DNA from: Terrimonas sp.
Lineage (GTDB): Bacteria > Bacteroidota > Bacteroidia > Chitinophagales > Chitinophagaceae
Direction of reading: 5' to 3'
DNA length: 64,000 nucleotides
NCBI GenBank assembly: GCA_016125075.1
Contig: WGMO01000020.1
Coordinates: forward strand, 27,852-91,851
The translations under genes were made by a program, and so were the position numbers. The notes beneath the pieces were generated by a model, which saw only the letters and a program-made list of their open reading frames with translations, was not told where the DNA came from and searched no databases. Below are positions 9,996-19,525 of this stretch, piece by piece (the first letter of the stretch is position 1; every line of letters begins with the position of its first letter).

Positions 9996-12900
9996 TTATC
10001 GCATCAAATACATTTTTCCATATCCTTTGTTGAAATACTTATCCGTATCATCATCAGAAGATTTGTATTTATCCAGCGAATGGCCGTTCAGGTTGGTGAC
10101 CACCCTGTAGAGGTAAATGCCATTGGCCAGTTTCTGACCATACTGGTCGGTACCATCCCATTTAAATTCGGTGATATTGCGACCTATATGTAAAGGACCC
10201 AGTTCATCGATCGTGACCTCCCTTACAATCTTACCAGTAATGGTCATGATCTCTATCTTGATATTCTGGGGCACTTCACTGCCGGTGATGGTGAATACAA
10301 AGGCAGTTGAGGTTGTAAACGGATTCGGGTAATTCAGCATGTTGGAGATCATCGGTTTGTTGATGACCTGGAACCCTACATGGTATTCGAGTGCCCCGGC
10401 CTTATTACCACTCACATCCTTCCCGGAAATGATCAGTTCATAATCACCATCCTCCTGGAAATAGGGCAGGAAGTCGATGGTTGCGGTATTATCAGTATTG
10501 GGTGCCTGACCCGCTTCGGTGAACCGCAGCGTATCATTATTATAGAAATTGAAGGGGCGGGTGGTGCCATTCGGGTACCTTACCTGCACCGTAACGCCGG
10601 CCGTATCGTTGAGCATCATCCATTTTGATTCGTCCTTCAGTTTCACTGTAATATGGGGTTTGGAAGAAACAATATCCCTGTTCAGAATGTGAACACCGTC
10701 AAAGGTCACATCCAGTAATGGATTGGTAAGATCAGGTTTCACATAAAACTCCTTGAAAATAAAATTATTGAAATGATACTGTTCGGGCTGGTCATTGTCG
10801 GGGTTTACATCCACGTATACAGAGTTGGTTCCCGCAAAGTTCCGGGTATCGATCTGGTGCCTGATGGTCACCGTATCCCCATTGACCAGCGGCTTGAACC
10901 GGGGTAAAGGAATGATATTAGCCACATTATTCCTGTCGGTTACCACGAGTTTGACCCGTAAACTGTCGAAATTGCCTTCGCTGATATTTTTGAATGCCAT
11001 CCTGAAATCAATGGGTTCACCCACATCAAAAGTATCCCGGGTGGGCTCAAAGAGGATATTGGGTGCAACAGCCCCTTCCGGAACTGGTTCATAGGTCAGA
11101 CGCCAGTACCGCAACTGGTAAGGCGTAAGATTGACCGAGTCTTCATTCCGCATCCTCAGTTTCAAATAAGGATAAAGGTTCGTGTTGGTGGCCGAAATGT
11201 CGAGATCCTGTTGTGAAAGATCAATACCGGGATATAAAGTCGTTTCTACCCCATTCCCATCCACACCAATGATATCGATCTTTGGATCATCGCCAGGAGT
11301 AAGTTCCTGGGCATTGCCGCGCCATTTAAATTGTTTCCATTGTTTGGAAGGGCCGAAAAGCGGGGATTCAATGAACCCAAGCGTATCAGGGGTCGGACAG
11401 TCAACGTTAAGCAACAATGGTTCATAAATATTCTCCTGGAACACTTCGCGGGGAGCAAATGAATCCTTCCTGTCCTTCTTGTATACAAACATAAAGGCAA
11501 GGGTGGTATCATAATCGTCGATCCTGGTAAAACCCTGGTTCTTTAAAGTATGATAAAGTGATATTCCGGGACCGAGATAATTTTCATCGGTCTTCCAGAC
11601 AGCCGAGTAGGTATTTGGCGCCCAGCTGTAGGGCGAGGTATTGGTCCGTATCGTAACATAGTCACCGGCCGGTACCACATTCTCCAGGAACTGCATCGCT
11701 TTCCGTCTGGATGCTGAATCGCCCAGGGAAAAATGAAAATTATATTCCCGTTGGGTTCCGCAACCGTTAAAACCACTGCCATACAAACCACCGCCGGGCG
11801 CATTTCGCCAGGGTTCAAAAGTGACAGAATCAAATACGTTGATCATTAACTGGTCGTAAGCACAACCCGGACCGATGTTGACTTCCCCATTGACGGCAAT
11901 CGTATAATCAGCCTGCTGGTCAGACGTTGTCGGGTAAATTCCGGACCGCAGGAATAAATTATTGATCCGGGGATGATAGGCCCATATCCTTGTGGCAGAA
12001 TCGATATAAATACGTTGTGAATTGGATTGTGCATGCTGGTAAAGATGAGACTGGTTGAATCCCAGATCACTGTTCGGAAGATATACAAAGGAAGCATTAT
12101 TCCATTTTGCCGGATTGCCGGCTGTATCCAATGAAGATACCCGCCAGTAATATACCGTACTGTCTGTAAAACTGAAACCTGGTGTATATTCCACAACTCC
12201 ACCCGCTGAAGTTATGCTCTGGGATATTTTAAAGGGCGAATTGAAAAGAGCGGTCGTATCCACTTCCATTTTATAGGACTGCTCGCTACTGAAAGGATTG
12301 GCTGTGGATGCGATCAGTTTGATATTCTGTTTGTTGATGATCGCGTAATTGACAGGATAAACAGGTTTGATATCATCTTCATAAATGAAAACATCTTTTG
12401 TAATGCTGTTATTGGTCTCATACATTTCATCAACCTGCTGGTCGGCATCCACCGTAATAAAGATCCTGTTCAGGCCTTTATCCCGCAAAGGAATGATGGG
12501 AACCCGGATAGAGATAGAGTCCGTATACCGTATACCGGGAATGGTATCTTTAAATATCTGGGCGATGCTCCCGTCCGGGTATTGGCGTTTCACCTCAATG
12601 GAGATATCCTGGTTAACGGACCTGCCCATGTTGAAAAATTTCGCTTTCACTTCAAAGGCGGTGTCGGCAACAGACACAAAACCCGGAGATACTTTTACAT
12701 ACTGGTCTTCAATAACATAATCTGGTTTGGGTTGGATATTCAACCGGATGGCCGGGTCGCCATGGAGCGTATTTTCTTCAGCATGCATCCGGGAAAAGAA
12801 ATCATTGAATGATGTTGTATTATACATTTCCTGAATGGAATGGACGAGGATCTCCCCGATGCTCTTTCCATAAAATGAACTGGTTTCCCCGGTATAAGTT

Positions 12901-15056
12901 TGTTTGTTATAGCGGTCAAGATAATGCGCAATTCCAAAATGCGAACTGGCCAGGAAAGCGATACTGCCCCTTTCTTCTGCCAGTACAAATTTTTCCGATA
13001 AGGTTTCCTTCACGAAGAACCTGGCCGGGTTAAAACTGAAAAAATTACCCGCATTACAACCCATCACGATAAAGATGGGGTATTTGCCCTGGTTGTTATA
13101 ACGGTCGGGGTTATCAAGGTTGAAATCAAGAACAGTTGCGGATGAGTGACCAAAATAGGTCAACTGGCTGATCCCCGTACTGAAAAGATCCTGTAATTTC
13201 TGATCGGTGAGGGGCTCCACTGCATCGGCAGAATTCTTACTGAAAGATGAAACATTGCCGCCAAATAAGGTATCGGAAATGATATCCCTGTAATTATCCA
13301 TATACCCTACCAGCTGGCGCTGGGTGATGGAATCGCTGGCGCCCACCACGTGTACAACATTTTTGATCCAGGCTTTGTCTTCGATCAGGGGTGAGGTATA
13401 TTTTTGAGCTGCTTCATATTCAATGACCTTATTCAGGTAGGCCGTTATCTCCTGTCCGTTGATGACCGAAAGGCGCCCAATAGGTGTATGCGGTAAAAAC
13501 TTCGCGGAATCGGTTGCCAGCAGCCAATCGGAAGCCGGTGAACCATAAGTGGGCACTAAGTTTAATTTTTCGGCGTCAGGATTATCTTCATAATACCGGT
13601 AGTTGACATAGGTCAACCCATGTCCGATCAGGAAAACAAATTTGGGCCTGACAGAAAAATTATTTTTGGCCCAGCTCAGGAAATTCCGGATCGATGCAGG
13701 ATGCTTTTTGATACCAAAAGCAAACTGGTCGACCAGTTCATTGATATCGTAAATTTTTGCATTATAGCTTCCCCCATCGGCTGAACTCCTGTATGCCCGG
13801 TATTCTTCCACCGGGTGGGTACCATTGGGACCATCAAATAATGAAGGATGCGAGATAATGATATAATCACCCTGGAGGGCTGTGTTCGAGAAATCGGTAA
13901 AATTCTTGGTATTTAATGTGGTTATACTTTTCAGGTTAGACGCTTCTTCATTGACCAGGATCAGATCCCTGGGCGTGGCAGAGGGAAGCAAAGCGATTTT
14001 GACTGTGCCAGGCGTGCTGATATCACCCACATATCTTTTACCATTGGTGAAATCATACAAAACCGGGGGGGTCGCTCCGTAATTGAAATTGGTGATCTGA
14101 AGAAAATTTCCCGCTGCATTGGCAGGCAGGGAAAATTCAAAACTTTTCTGGTTCCCGAAATTAAAAACCCTTGGGTATATCAGTTCATATTGCGACATCA
14201 CCATCCTGTCGTAAGAACCCGGCGTTATATTCTTTATCTCGATCTGTGCAACACCCGAGCTCAGCGTGGATAATGCTACCGTGCCCTGTAATCTCGCATA
14301 GTCCAGGAAGTCAACATTCTGGCTCAGGATACTGTCGCCATTGATCCTGACGCGTATCCTTCTTGTATTGATCGCATTACCCGCCACATTGACCTTGAAA
14401 GTTGCTGCCGGTCCGCTGTTGTAGAGATATACATTATGGTTACCGATATAACTTTGGTTGGCCCCGATGTCAAAACAGATAAAATTCTCCCCCTTGTCAT
14501 AGGTGGATGAATGCACATACTCACCGGCATCGATATAGTAACCCGGATTGATCCCATCTTCACAATACTTGGCCTCATCATACATGAAATAAGGCTCGGC
14601 CGGCAGGATATTTCCGGCCACATTATTAGCAGTATTGACTAAACGCCAATTTTGAGCAATGACCGGGTTGATGGTCAGAAAGAAAGCCGCAGTATCTGTT
14701 TCAAAACTGTATTTTTCAGAAAGATGATAGTCCTGGTTCCGGTACAGTTCCGCATCTGGTTTTCCATCATTGTTTTTACCCCAGAATTCAATATACCCAC
14801 CCGAACCCAGGGGCCCGGTGGCAACGGTGGTATAGATCGGAACCTGCTTGCCATTTCTCCATAACTGGAACTGTTCGGCAGGTGTGCCTGCAATACCCAA
14901 TGAATTTAATACGGTTTCGGATATGCGATAAAGGCCGGCAGCCCCAACCTTGAATTTATAATAGGTCTTACTAAAATCAATCCACTCATTATTATAGGTC
15001 TGGCCCTGCATTTTCAAAGCCGGTATGATGAGTAGAAATAGTAAAAATCGTTTCAT
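9996..15056 (-). CDS. porU: type IX secretion system sortase PorU (C25 peptidase-like), long form
   Basis: 1686 aa with a signal peptide. The clan-CD style His/Cys pair is in LTYFGHSSAT ... IFIVMGCNAGNFF. The C-terminus has a T9SS CTD-like segment (NYPNPFTTSTAFVF...GIYLYRVV). It lies directly downstream of porV, the conserved arrangement. Confidence 0.85.
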   Translation of the reverse strand: MKRFLLFLLIIPALKMQGQTYNNEWIDFSKTYYKFKVGAAGLYRISETVLNSLGIAGTPAEQFQLWRNGKQVPIYTTVATGPLGSGGYIEFWGKNNDGKPDAELYRNQDYHLSEKYSFETDTAAFFLTINPVIAQNWRLVNTANNVAGNILPAEPYFMYDEAKYCEDGINPGYYIDAGEYVHSSTYDKGENFICFDIGANQSYIGNHNVYLYNSGPAATFKVNVAGNAINTRRIRVRINGDSILSQNVDFLDYARLQGTVALSTLSSGVAQIEIKNITPGSYDRMVMSQYELIYPRVFNFGNQKSFEFSLPANAAGNFLQITNFNYGATPPVLYDFTNGKRYVGDISTPGTVKIALLPSATPRDLILVNEEASNLKSITTLNTKNFTDFSNTALQGDYIIISHPSLFDGPNGTHPVEEYRAYRSSADGGSYNAKIYDINELVDQFAFGIKKHPASIRNFLSWAKNNFSVRPKFVFLIGHGLTYVNYRYYEDNPDAEKLNLVPTYGSPASDWLLATDSAKFLPHTPIGRLSVINGQEITAYLNKVIEYEAAQKYTSPLIEDKAWIKNVVHVVGASDSITQRQLVGYMDNYRDIISDTLFGGNVSSFSKNSADAVEPLTDQKLQDLFSTGISQLTYFGHSSATVLDFNLDNPDRYNNQGKYPIFIVMGCNAGNFFSFNPARFFVKETLSEKFVLAEERGSIAFLASSHFGIAHYLDRYNKQTYTGETSSFYGKSIGEILVHSIQEMYNTTSFNDFFSRMHAEENTLHGDPAIRLNIQPKPDYVIEDQYVKVSPGFVSVADTAFEVKAKFFNMGRSVNQDISIEVKRQYPDGSIAQIFKDTIPGIRYTDSISIRVPIIPLRDKGLNRIFITVDADQQVDEMYETNNSITKDVFIYEDDIKPVYPVNYAIINKQNIKLIASTANPFSSEQSYKMEVDTTALFNSPFKISQSITSAGGVVEYTPGFSFTDSTVYYWRVSSLDTAGNPAKWNNASFVYLPNSDLGFNQSHLYQHAQSNSQRIYIDSATRIWAYHPRINNLFLRSGIYPTTSDQQADYTIAVNGEVNIGPGCAYDQLMINVFDSVTFEPWRNAPGGGLYGSGFNGCGTQREYNFHFSLGDSASRRKAMQFLENVVPAGDYVTIRTNTSPYSWAPNTYSAVWKTDENYLGPGISLYHTLKNQGFTRIDDYDTTLAFMFVYKKDRKDSFAPREVFQENIYEPLLLNVDCPTPDTLGFIESPLFGPSKQWKQFKWRGNAQELTPGDDPKIDIIGVDGNGVETTLYPGIDLSQQDLDISATNTNLYPYLKLRMRNEDSVNLTPYQLRYWRLTYEPVPEGAVAPNILFEPTRDTFDVGEPIDFRMAFKNISEGNFDSLRVKLVVTDRNNVANIIPLPRFKPLVNGDTVTIRHQIDTRNFAGTNSVYVDVNPDNDQPEQYHFNNFIFKEFYVKPDLTNPLLDVTFDGVHILNRDIVSSKPHITVKLKDESKWMMLNDTAGVTVQVRYPNGTTRPFNFYNNDTLRFTEAGQAPNTDNTATIDFLPYFQEDGDYELIISGKDVSGNKAGALEYHVGFQVINKPMISNMLNYPNPFTTSTAFVFTITGSEVPQNIKIEIMTITGKIVREVTIDELGPLHIGRNITEFKWDGTDQYGQKLANGIYLYRVVTNLNGHSLDKYKSSDDDTDKYFNKGYGKMYLMR

Positions 15057-15084
15057 GGAATAGAGTTTATAGGGATTCGGACGG

Positions 15085-16194
15085 CTATTTTTTCTTTTTG
15101 GGTTTTATCAGGTTTAAACGCAGGGAAAATACGTGCGTAAACAAAGGATTGGATTGGTTGGCCAGGTTTGTAAAGGCATAATCGATGGTTACATTGGATA
15201 TCTTGAATCCTGCACCTGCACTGGGCTGATATATCCACACTTTCTTTTGATTCAGGGTATCACCGTCTGCCAGCGCCTGTTGGAAATTATTGATCCCCGC
15301 CCTCAGGAAAAACACATTATTGATATTGCACTCAAGCCCCAGTTTGGGGTCAACACTGACCGGATCGGCACTGATAACCGTATTTCTCTTGCCATCAAAT
15401 GTCAGGTCAAAATTAGCTTCTGCCAGGAGGTTGACTTTTTTACTGATCCTGAAATCCCTGGCCACACCCAATACCAGCCGGGGGGCCGTTAGTTCAGTCG
15501 ACTTTACCGGGATCTCATTATTGGTAAGGTAAAGCACCTGCTTTTCCCTTTCCGTAAAAGTAAACGACCAGGCATTAAAGGTGGTCGTGATATCTCTTGC
15601 TGCAATACCAAATTTCCATTTGTCCTGGAAAACCTGGATACCGGCATCCAGGCCAAAACCCCAGGCTTTGGCAAATTTGCCCACACTTCTGTGAATGACC
15701 TTAGCATTGACACCAAAATGAACGTTTCGTTTATCGGATTCTTTAAGTTTTTGCGCCAGCGAAAAAATAAAGGCATAATCTGCTGATGAAAATGCCTGGA
15801 TATTATTGTAGTTGATGGACCCGTCCGGTTCCACAAGGAATAAGGTGTTCATGATATCATCGACGGCAAAACGAAGACCGGTAATACCAAAGGTCCTTTT
15901 ATTGTCAGTGGTGGGAATGGCAATGCTGGCATAGTCATATTTTCCGATCCCGGCAAAATATTCAGCATGCATCAGGTTGAGCTCAGGATTATTTTTCACG
16001 CCGACAAGCCCTGCTGGATTCCAATATCCCGCCGATCCGTCATGCACAGAAGCCACTTGTGCACTGCCCATGGCCAGCCCCCTGGCGCCGGCACCAATAT
16101 TTAAAAATTCGTTTGAATACTTCCTGAACTGGGAATGGACCTGTGTAGTCAGAATTGTAATCAATAGGGTTAGGTATAACGGTGGTTTTTTCAT
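15085..16194 (-). CDS. porV: type IX secretion system outer-membrane channel/shuttle protein PorV (LptO), FadL-superfamily beta-barrel
   Basis: 369 aa with a signal peptide. The N-terminal block is FLNIGAGARGLAMGSAQVASVHDGSAGYWNPAGL, and the rest has alternating beta-strand character. It is adjacent to porU. Confidence 0.85.
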   Translation of the reverse strand: MKKPPLYLTLLITILTTQVHSQFRKYSNEFLNIGAGARGLAMGSAQVASVHDGSAGYWNPAGLVGVKNNPELNLMHAEYFAGIGKYDYASIAIPTTDNKRTFGITGLRFAVDDIMNTLFLVEPDGSINYNNIQAFSSADYAFIFSLAQKLKESDKRNVHFGVNAKVIHRSVGKFAKAWGFGLDAGIQVFQDKWKFGIAARDITTTFNAWSFTFTEREKQVLYLTNNEIPVKSTELTAPRLVLGVARDFRISKKVNLLAEANFDLTFDGKRNTVISADPVSVDPKLGLECNINNVFFLRAGINNFQQALADGDTLNQKKVWIYQPSAGAGFKISNVTIDYAFTNLANQSNPLFTHVFSLRLNLIKPKKKK

Positions 16195-16371
16195 TCCTGC
16201 AATTTTCGGATAAGCAATTAAAAAAGACTGTTTTTCATACGGTTAGGCTGCCTGTAAAAATAATATTTGACCACCGAAAAACATAGTTTTGCCGGAGGAT
16301 TTGGATTAACTATTGAAAACGAAAGCGTTAGAAAAATATTGCATTTCGCTTTCAAAGGTTAAATTCTATCT

Positions 16372-16379
16372 TACTTTTG
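16372..16379 (+). promoter_or_regulatory. candidate Bacteroidota -7 box (TActTTTG) for tyrS
   Basis: It matches TAnnTTTG about 22 nt upstream of ATG 16401. No TTG -33 element sits at the expected spacing. Confidence 0.35.
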
Positions 16380-16400
16380 CCGCAAATTTCAACAAATAAC

Positions 16401-17678
16401 ATGAACCTGATAGAAGAGCTACAATGGAGGGGGATGATACAAGATATCATGCCAGGAACTGAGGATCAACTACTTAAAGAAATGACAACCGGTTATATCG
16501 GTTTTGATCCCACAGCCGATTCCCTTCATATCGGGAGTCTTGTTCCCATATTGCTCCTGGTTCACCTGCAAAAAGCAGGGCATAAACCCATTGCCCTGGT
16601 GGGTGGCGCTACCGGTATGGTGGGCGACCCCAGCGGAAAAAGTGAAGAACGGAACCTGCTCAGTGAAGAGGTATTGAACCACAACCTTGCCGGTGTGCGA
16701 AAACAACTCGAAAAATTTCTTGATTTTGATATCACCCGGCCCAATGCGGCTGTCATCGCCAATAATTTCGACTGGTTCAGGGACATGGGATTCCTGCAAT
16801 TTATCCGGGATGTAGGTAAATATATCACGGTTAACTATATGATGGCCAAGGACAGTGTCAAAAAAAGAATTGAAGGTGATTCCGGGATGAGCTTTACAGA
16901 ATTTACCTATCAACTGGTGCAAGGTTATGATTTTTACTGGCTGTACCGGCACCAGCATTGTAAACTGCAAATGGGGGGTAGTGATCAATGGGGGAATATC
17001 GTAACCGGAACAGAACTAATCAGGAAAAAAGACGGAGGAGAAGCTTTTGCCTTTACCTGCCCGCTGATCACCAAATCGGATGGCGGCAAATTTGGTAAAA
17101 CAGAAAAAGGGAATATCTGGCTTGACCCCGAAAAGACGAGCCCATATCAATTTTACCAGTTTTGGATGAACGCCACGGATGCTGATGCTGAAAAATGGAT
17201 CCGGATATTTACATTTCTCGGAAAGTCTGAAATTGATGAAATGTTAGCAGCACATCAGGCCGACCCGGGGAAAAGATTACTGCAGAAAAAACTGGCCGAA
17301 GAGGTCACGGTATTTGTTCATGGTGAATCCGAGCTGGCAAAAGCCATTGACACTACCGAAAAACTTTTTGAAAAGCAGAACGCACCTGCAGAAAATCTCA
17401 GTATTGCCGACCTGGAAGGAATGGAAGGCGTGGTCAAATTTGATTTTGCCAAAGAAAGGTTTACCGAAGGAATTGATATTGTTTCCTTCCTGGCCGAAAC
17501 CTCCATCTTTCCCAGCAAGGGAGAGGCCAGAAAGACGGTTCAGGGAGGCGGGGTAAGTATCAATCGTAATAAGGTTGATGATATCCAGTTCAAGGTCGAC
17601 AGCCGCCTGTTGCTGCACGGAATATACCTGCTCGTTCAGAAAGGAAAGAAACACTATTTCCTGGTGAAAGCTGTTTAA
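16401..17678 (+). CDS. tyrS: tyrosine--tRNA ligase
   Basis: The HIGH motif is in ADSLHIGSLVP and the KMSKS-type motif is KFGKTEKG. There is a C-terminal S4-like domain. The start is set at ATG 16401 (MNLIEELQWRGMIQD); the track ORF begins at an upstream TTG. Confidence 0.93.
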   Translation: MNLIEELQWRGMIQDIMPGTEDQLLKEMTTGYIGFDPTADSLHIGSLVPILLLVHLQKAGHKPIALVGGATGMVGDPSGKSEERNLLSEEVLNHNLAGVRKQLEKFLDFDITRPNAAVIANNFDWFRDMGFLQFIRDVGKYITVNYMMAKDSVKKRIEGDSGMSFTEFTYQLVQGYDFYWLYRHQHCKLQMGGSDQWGNIVTGTELIRKKDGGEAFAFTCPLITKSDGGKFGKTEKGNIWLDPEKTSPYQFYQFWMNATDADAEKWIRIFTFLGKSEIDEMLAAHQADPGKRLLQKKLAEEVTVFVHGESELAKAIDTTEKLFEKQNAPAENLSIADLEGMEGVVKFDFAKERFTEGIDIVSFLAETSIFPSKGEARKTVQGGGVSINRNKVDDIQFKVDSRLLLHGIYLLVQKGKKHYFLVKAV

Positions 17679-18340
17679 TACTGTTTTATCTGGTTCCACA
17701 TCTTATCGGCCACCAGTTGGTTTCCGGTTGAATTGAGGTGGACCCTGTCGACCGTCAAGATGCCCCTGTCCTTATTGTCAGGATTATTTTTTTGATCATA
17801 CGCCAGAAAAATCTGCCGCAGGTCGACAAGAGGGACCTTATTTTTGGCTGCGATTTGCCGGATAATCTTACTGTATTCATTCAGATCGCCATCCTGTTCG
17901 TTGCTGAAATCAGTCTTTTCACCAATACAGGCAGGTGTACATAGTATCACCCGGCCCCCGTTTTCAGTAATCTTATTGATAATCGCCTGGTAAAATTTTT
18001 CAAACTTATCAGGATCGGTACCCGTACCATAAGTTCTTTTATGCCAGATATCATTCACCCCGACAAAGATCACCACAATATCGGGATGCTTATCTAGCAC
18101 ATCTTCCTGCATCCTCAGGTAAAGATCATACACTTTGTTACCCCCGATACCCGCACCAATAAATTCATACCCATCAGAAAGGCCTTCCAACTTACACATA
18201 CTATCAATCAGGGTAATATATCCCCCCGGTTTTACACCTGCCTGTGTAATGGAATCGCCAAAAAATATCACTTTCTTTTTCTTTTGCGGTATATATGCAA
18301 ATAAGGCCAATAGGAATACGAGCGGGAGTATTTTTTTCAT
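17675..18340 (-). CDS. secreted SGNH/GDSL-family hydrolase
   Basis: 221 aa with a signal peptide. Block I is IFFGDSIT (catalytic Ser), block III is GVNDIW and block V is DRVHLN (Asp/His). Confidence 0.85.
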   Translation of the reverse strand: MKKILPLVFLLALFAYIPQKKKKVIFFGDSITQAGVKPGGYITLIDSMCKLEGLSDGYEFIGAGIGGNKVYDLYLRMQEDVLDKHPDIVVIFVGVNDIWHKRTYGTGTDPDKFEKFYQAIINKITENGGRVILCTPACIGEKTDFSNEQDGDLNEYSKIIRQIAAKNKVPLVDLRQIFLAYDQKNNPDNKDRGILTVDRVHLNSTGNQLVADKMWNQIKQY

Positions 18341-18371
18341 TTCAAACCTGTTTTAAAAAGCAATTAATGAT

Positions 18372-19265
18372 TTACTGAACATCCACCTGTTTTTTTATCA
18401 GGGCGCCTTCGCTGGCTTCCACCAGGAATTTTCTTTCACTGACAATATACCCGTTTCCCTTTTCACAAAAATGCACTTTCAGGTTTTCAATGCTGATCGG
18501 GTTGCCATCGGGAATATCAGCAATATTATTATGGAGGATATCATGTCCATCAATAATCACCACCAAACCACTGCCAATCGCTTCCATTTTGTCGCCGCGG
18601 GTGATCAACATACCCGTATCTTCACCCAGGCCAATCCCGATACAACTGGGATTGCTGGCCACGGCCTGTACCAGCCTGCCAAACCGTCCCCGCTTTTCAA
18701 AGTGCGAATCGATAATCACAGAACCCATAAATCCCAGCCCGGATGTCATCTTAACTTCCCCTTTTAAATGGGCCCGGGTTGCATTGCCCTCATAAATCAT
18801 CGTATTACTCATAGCCATCGCCCCTGCTGAAGTACCGGCAATCAGGAAATCTTCTTCCTGGTACCGCTTTTTCAGGAGGGAAAGAAAGGCGGTTCCACCA
18901 TCGGTCACACTCAGCCTTAACTGGTTCCCTCCGCTGAACATTACGGCATCGCAATTGCGGATACGCTCAATATATTGCGGGTCCAGGGTGTCCTGTCGGT
19001 TCCGGATATGCATCACCCCGATATTGGTACAGCCGGTCTTTCCAAAAGCATCCATATAGCTTTCTCCCACTTCATGCGGTATGGTAGAAGCCGTTGTAAT
19101 GATTTCAATATGTGCATCCGGCCCCCCGGCTTCTTCCACCACACGGCGGATAATCCCCAATTCAAAAAAGTTCAGGTTATTACGATGAATCTCACCCTTT
19201 TCAAGGTCAGTACCCTTATCTTCTGCTCCACCTATGGCAATCAGTTTTCCTTTGGGATAGCTCAT
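18372..19265 (-). CDS. cphB: cyanophycinase (peptidase S51)
   Basis: 297 aa. Contains KLIAIGGAEDKG and the nucleophile block IAGTSAGAMAMS. No signal peptide is visible, so this is the intracellular CphB type. Confidence 0.88.
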   Translation of the reverse strand: MSYPKGKLIAIGGAEDKGTDLEKGEIHRNNLNFFELGIIRRVVEEAGGPDAHIEIITTASTIPHEVGESYMDAFGKTGCTNIGVMHIRNRQDTLDPQYIERIRNCDAVMFSGGNQLRLSVTDGGTAFLSLLKKRYQEEDFLIAGTSAGAMAMSNTMIYEGNATRAHLKGEVKMTSGLGFMGSVIIDSHFEKRGRFGRLVQAVASNPSCIGIGLGEDTGMLITRGDKMEAIGSGLVVIIDGHDILHNNIADIPDGNPISIENLKVHFCEKGNGYIVSERKFLVEASEGALIKKQVDVQ

Positions 19266-19286
19266 TCAACGGGGTTTGGTATGTGA

Positions 19287-19294
19287 CAAATGTA
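19287..19294 (-). promoter_or_regulatory. candidate -7 box (TAcaTTTG) for cphB
   Basis: The minus strand reads TACATTTG 22 nt upstream of the cphB ATG. No -33 TTG is present at consensus spacing. Confidence 0.4.
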
Positions 19295-19406
19295 ACAGAA
19301 AATGATAAAACGCCACGACCCGTAATTCGGGTATGTGCGTATGTGGACAAATACCCGATCGTTTCTCCTACTTGATAAAAATCATCGAACAGGAAGCCTG
19401 TTATCA

Positions 19407-19437
19407 TTGGATGCAAAAAATGCAGCTGCTAACTTTG
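19407..19437 (+). promoter_or_regulatory. candidate Bacteroidota sigma-A promoter for the FadL-type OMP gene
   Basis: TTG (19407-19409), a 20-nt spacer, then TAacTTTG (19430-19437). This would give a leader of roughly 85 nt before ATG 19526. Confidence 0.5.
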
Positions 19438-19525
19438 ACTGATTTTTTTGGTGCCGGTAGCCGGATGAAGGGTTTAGCCTGTCCTGACTATTTCAACCAA
19501 TTTTTTACAATCAAAATCTTAAGTT

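Noticed and set aside
16321-16353. Inverted repeat GAAAGCG...CGCTTTC upstream of tyrS, considered as a T-box or attenuator
   Set aside because: It lies upstream of the candidate -7 box, so it is not in the leader. There is no specifier loop or T-box consensus and no U-tract. At most it is an operator, which is unsupported.
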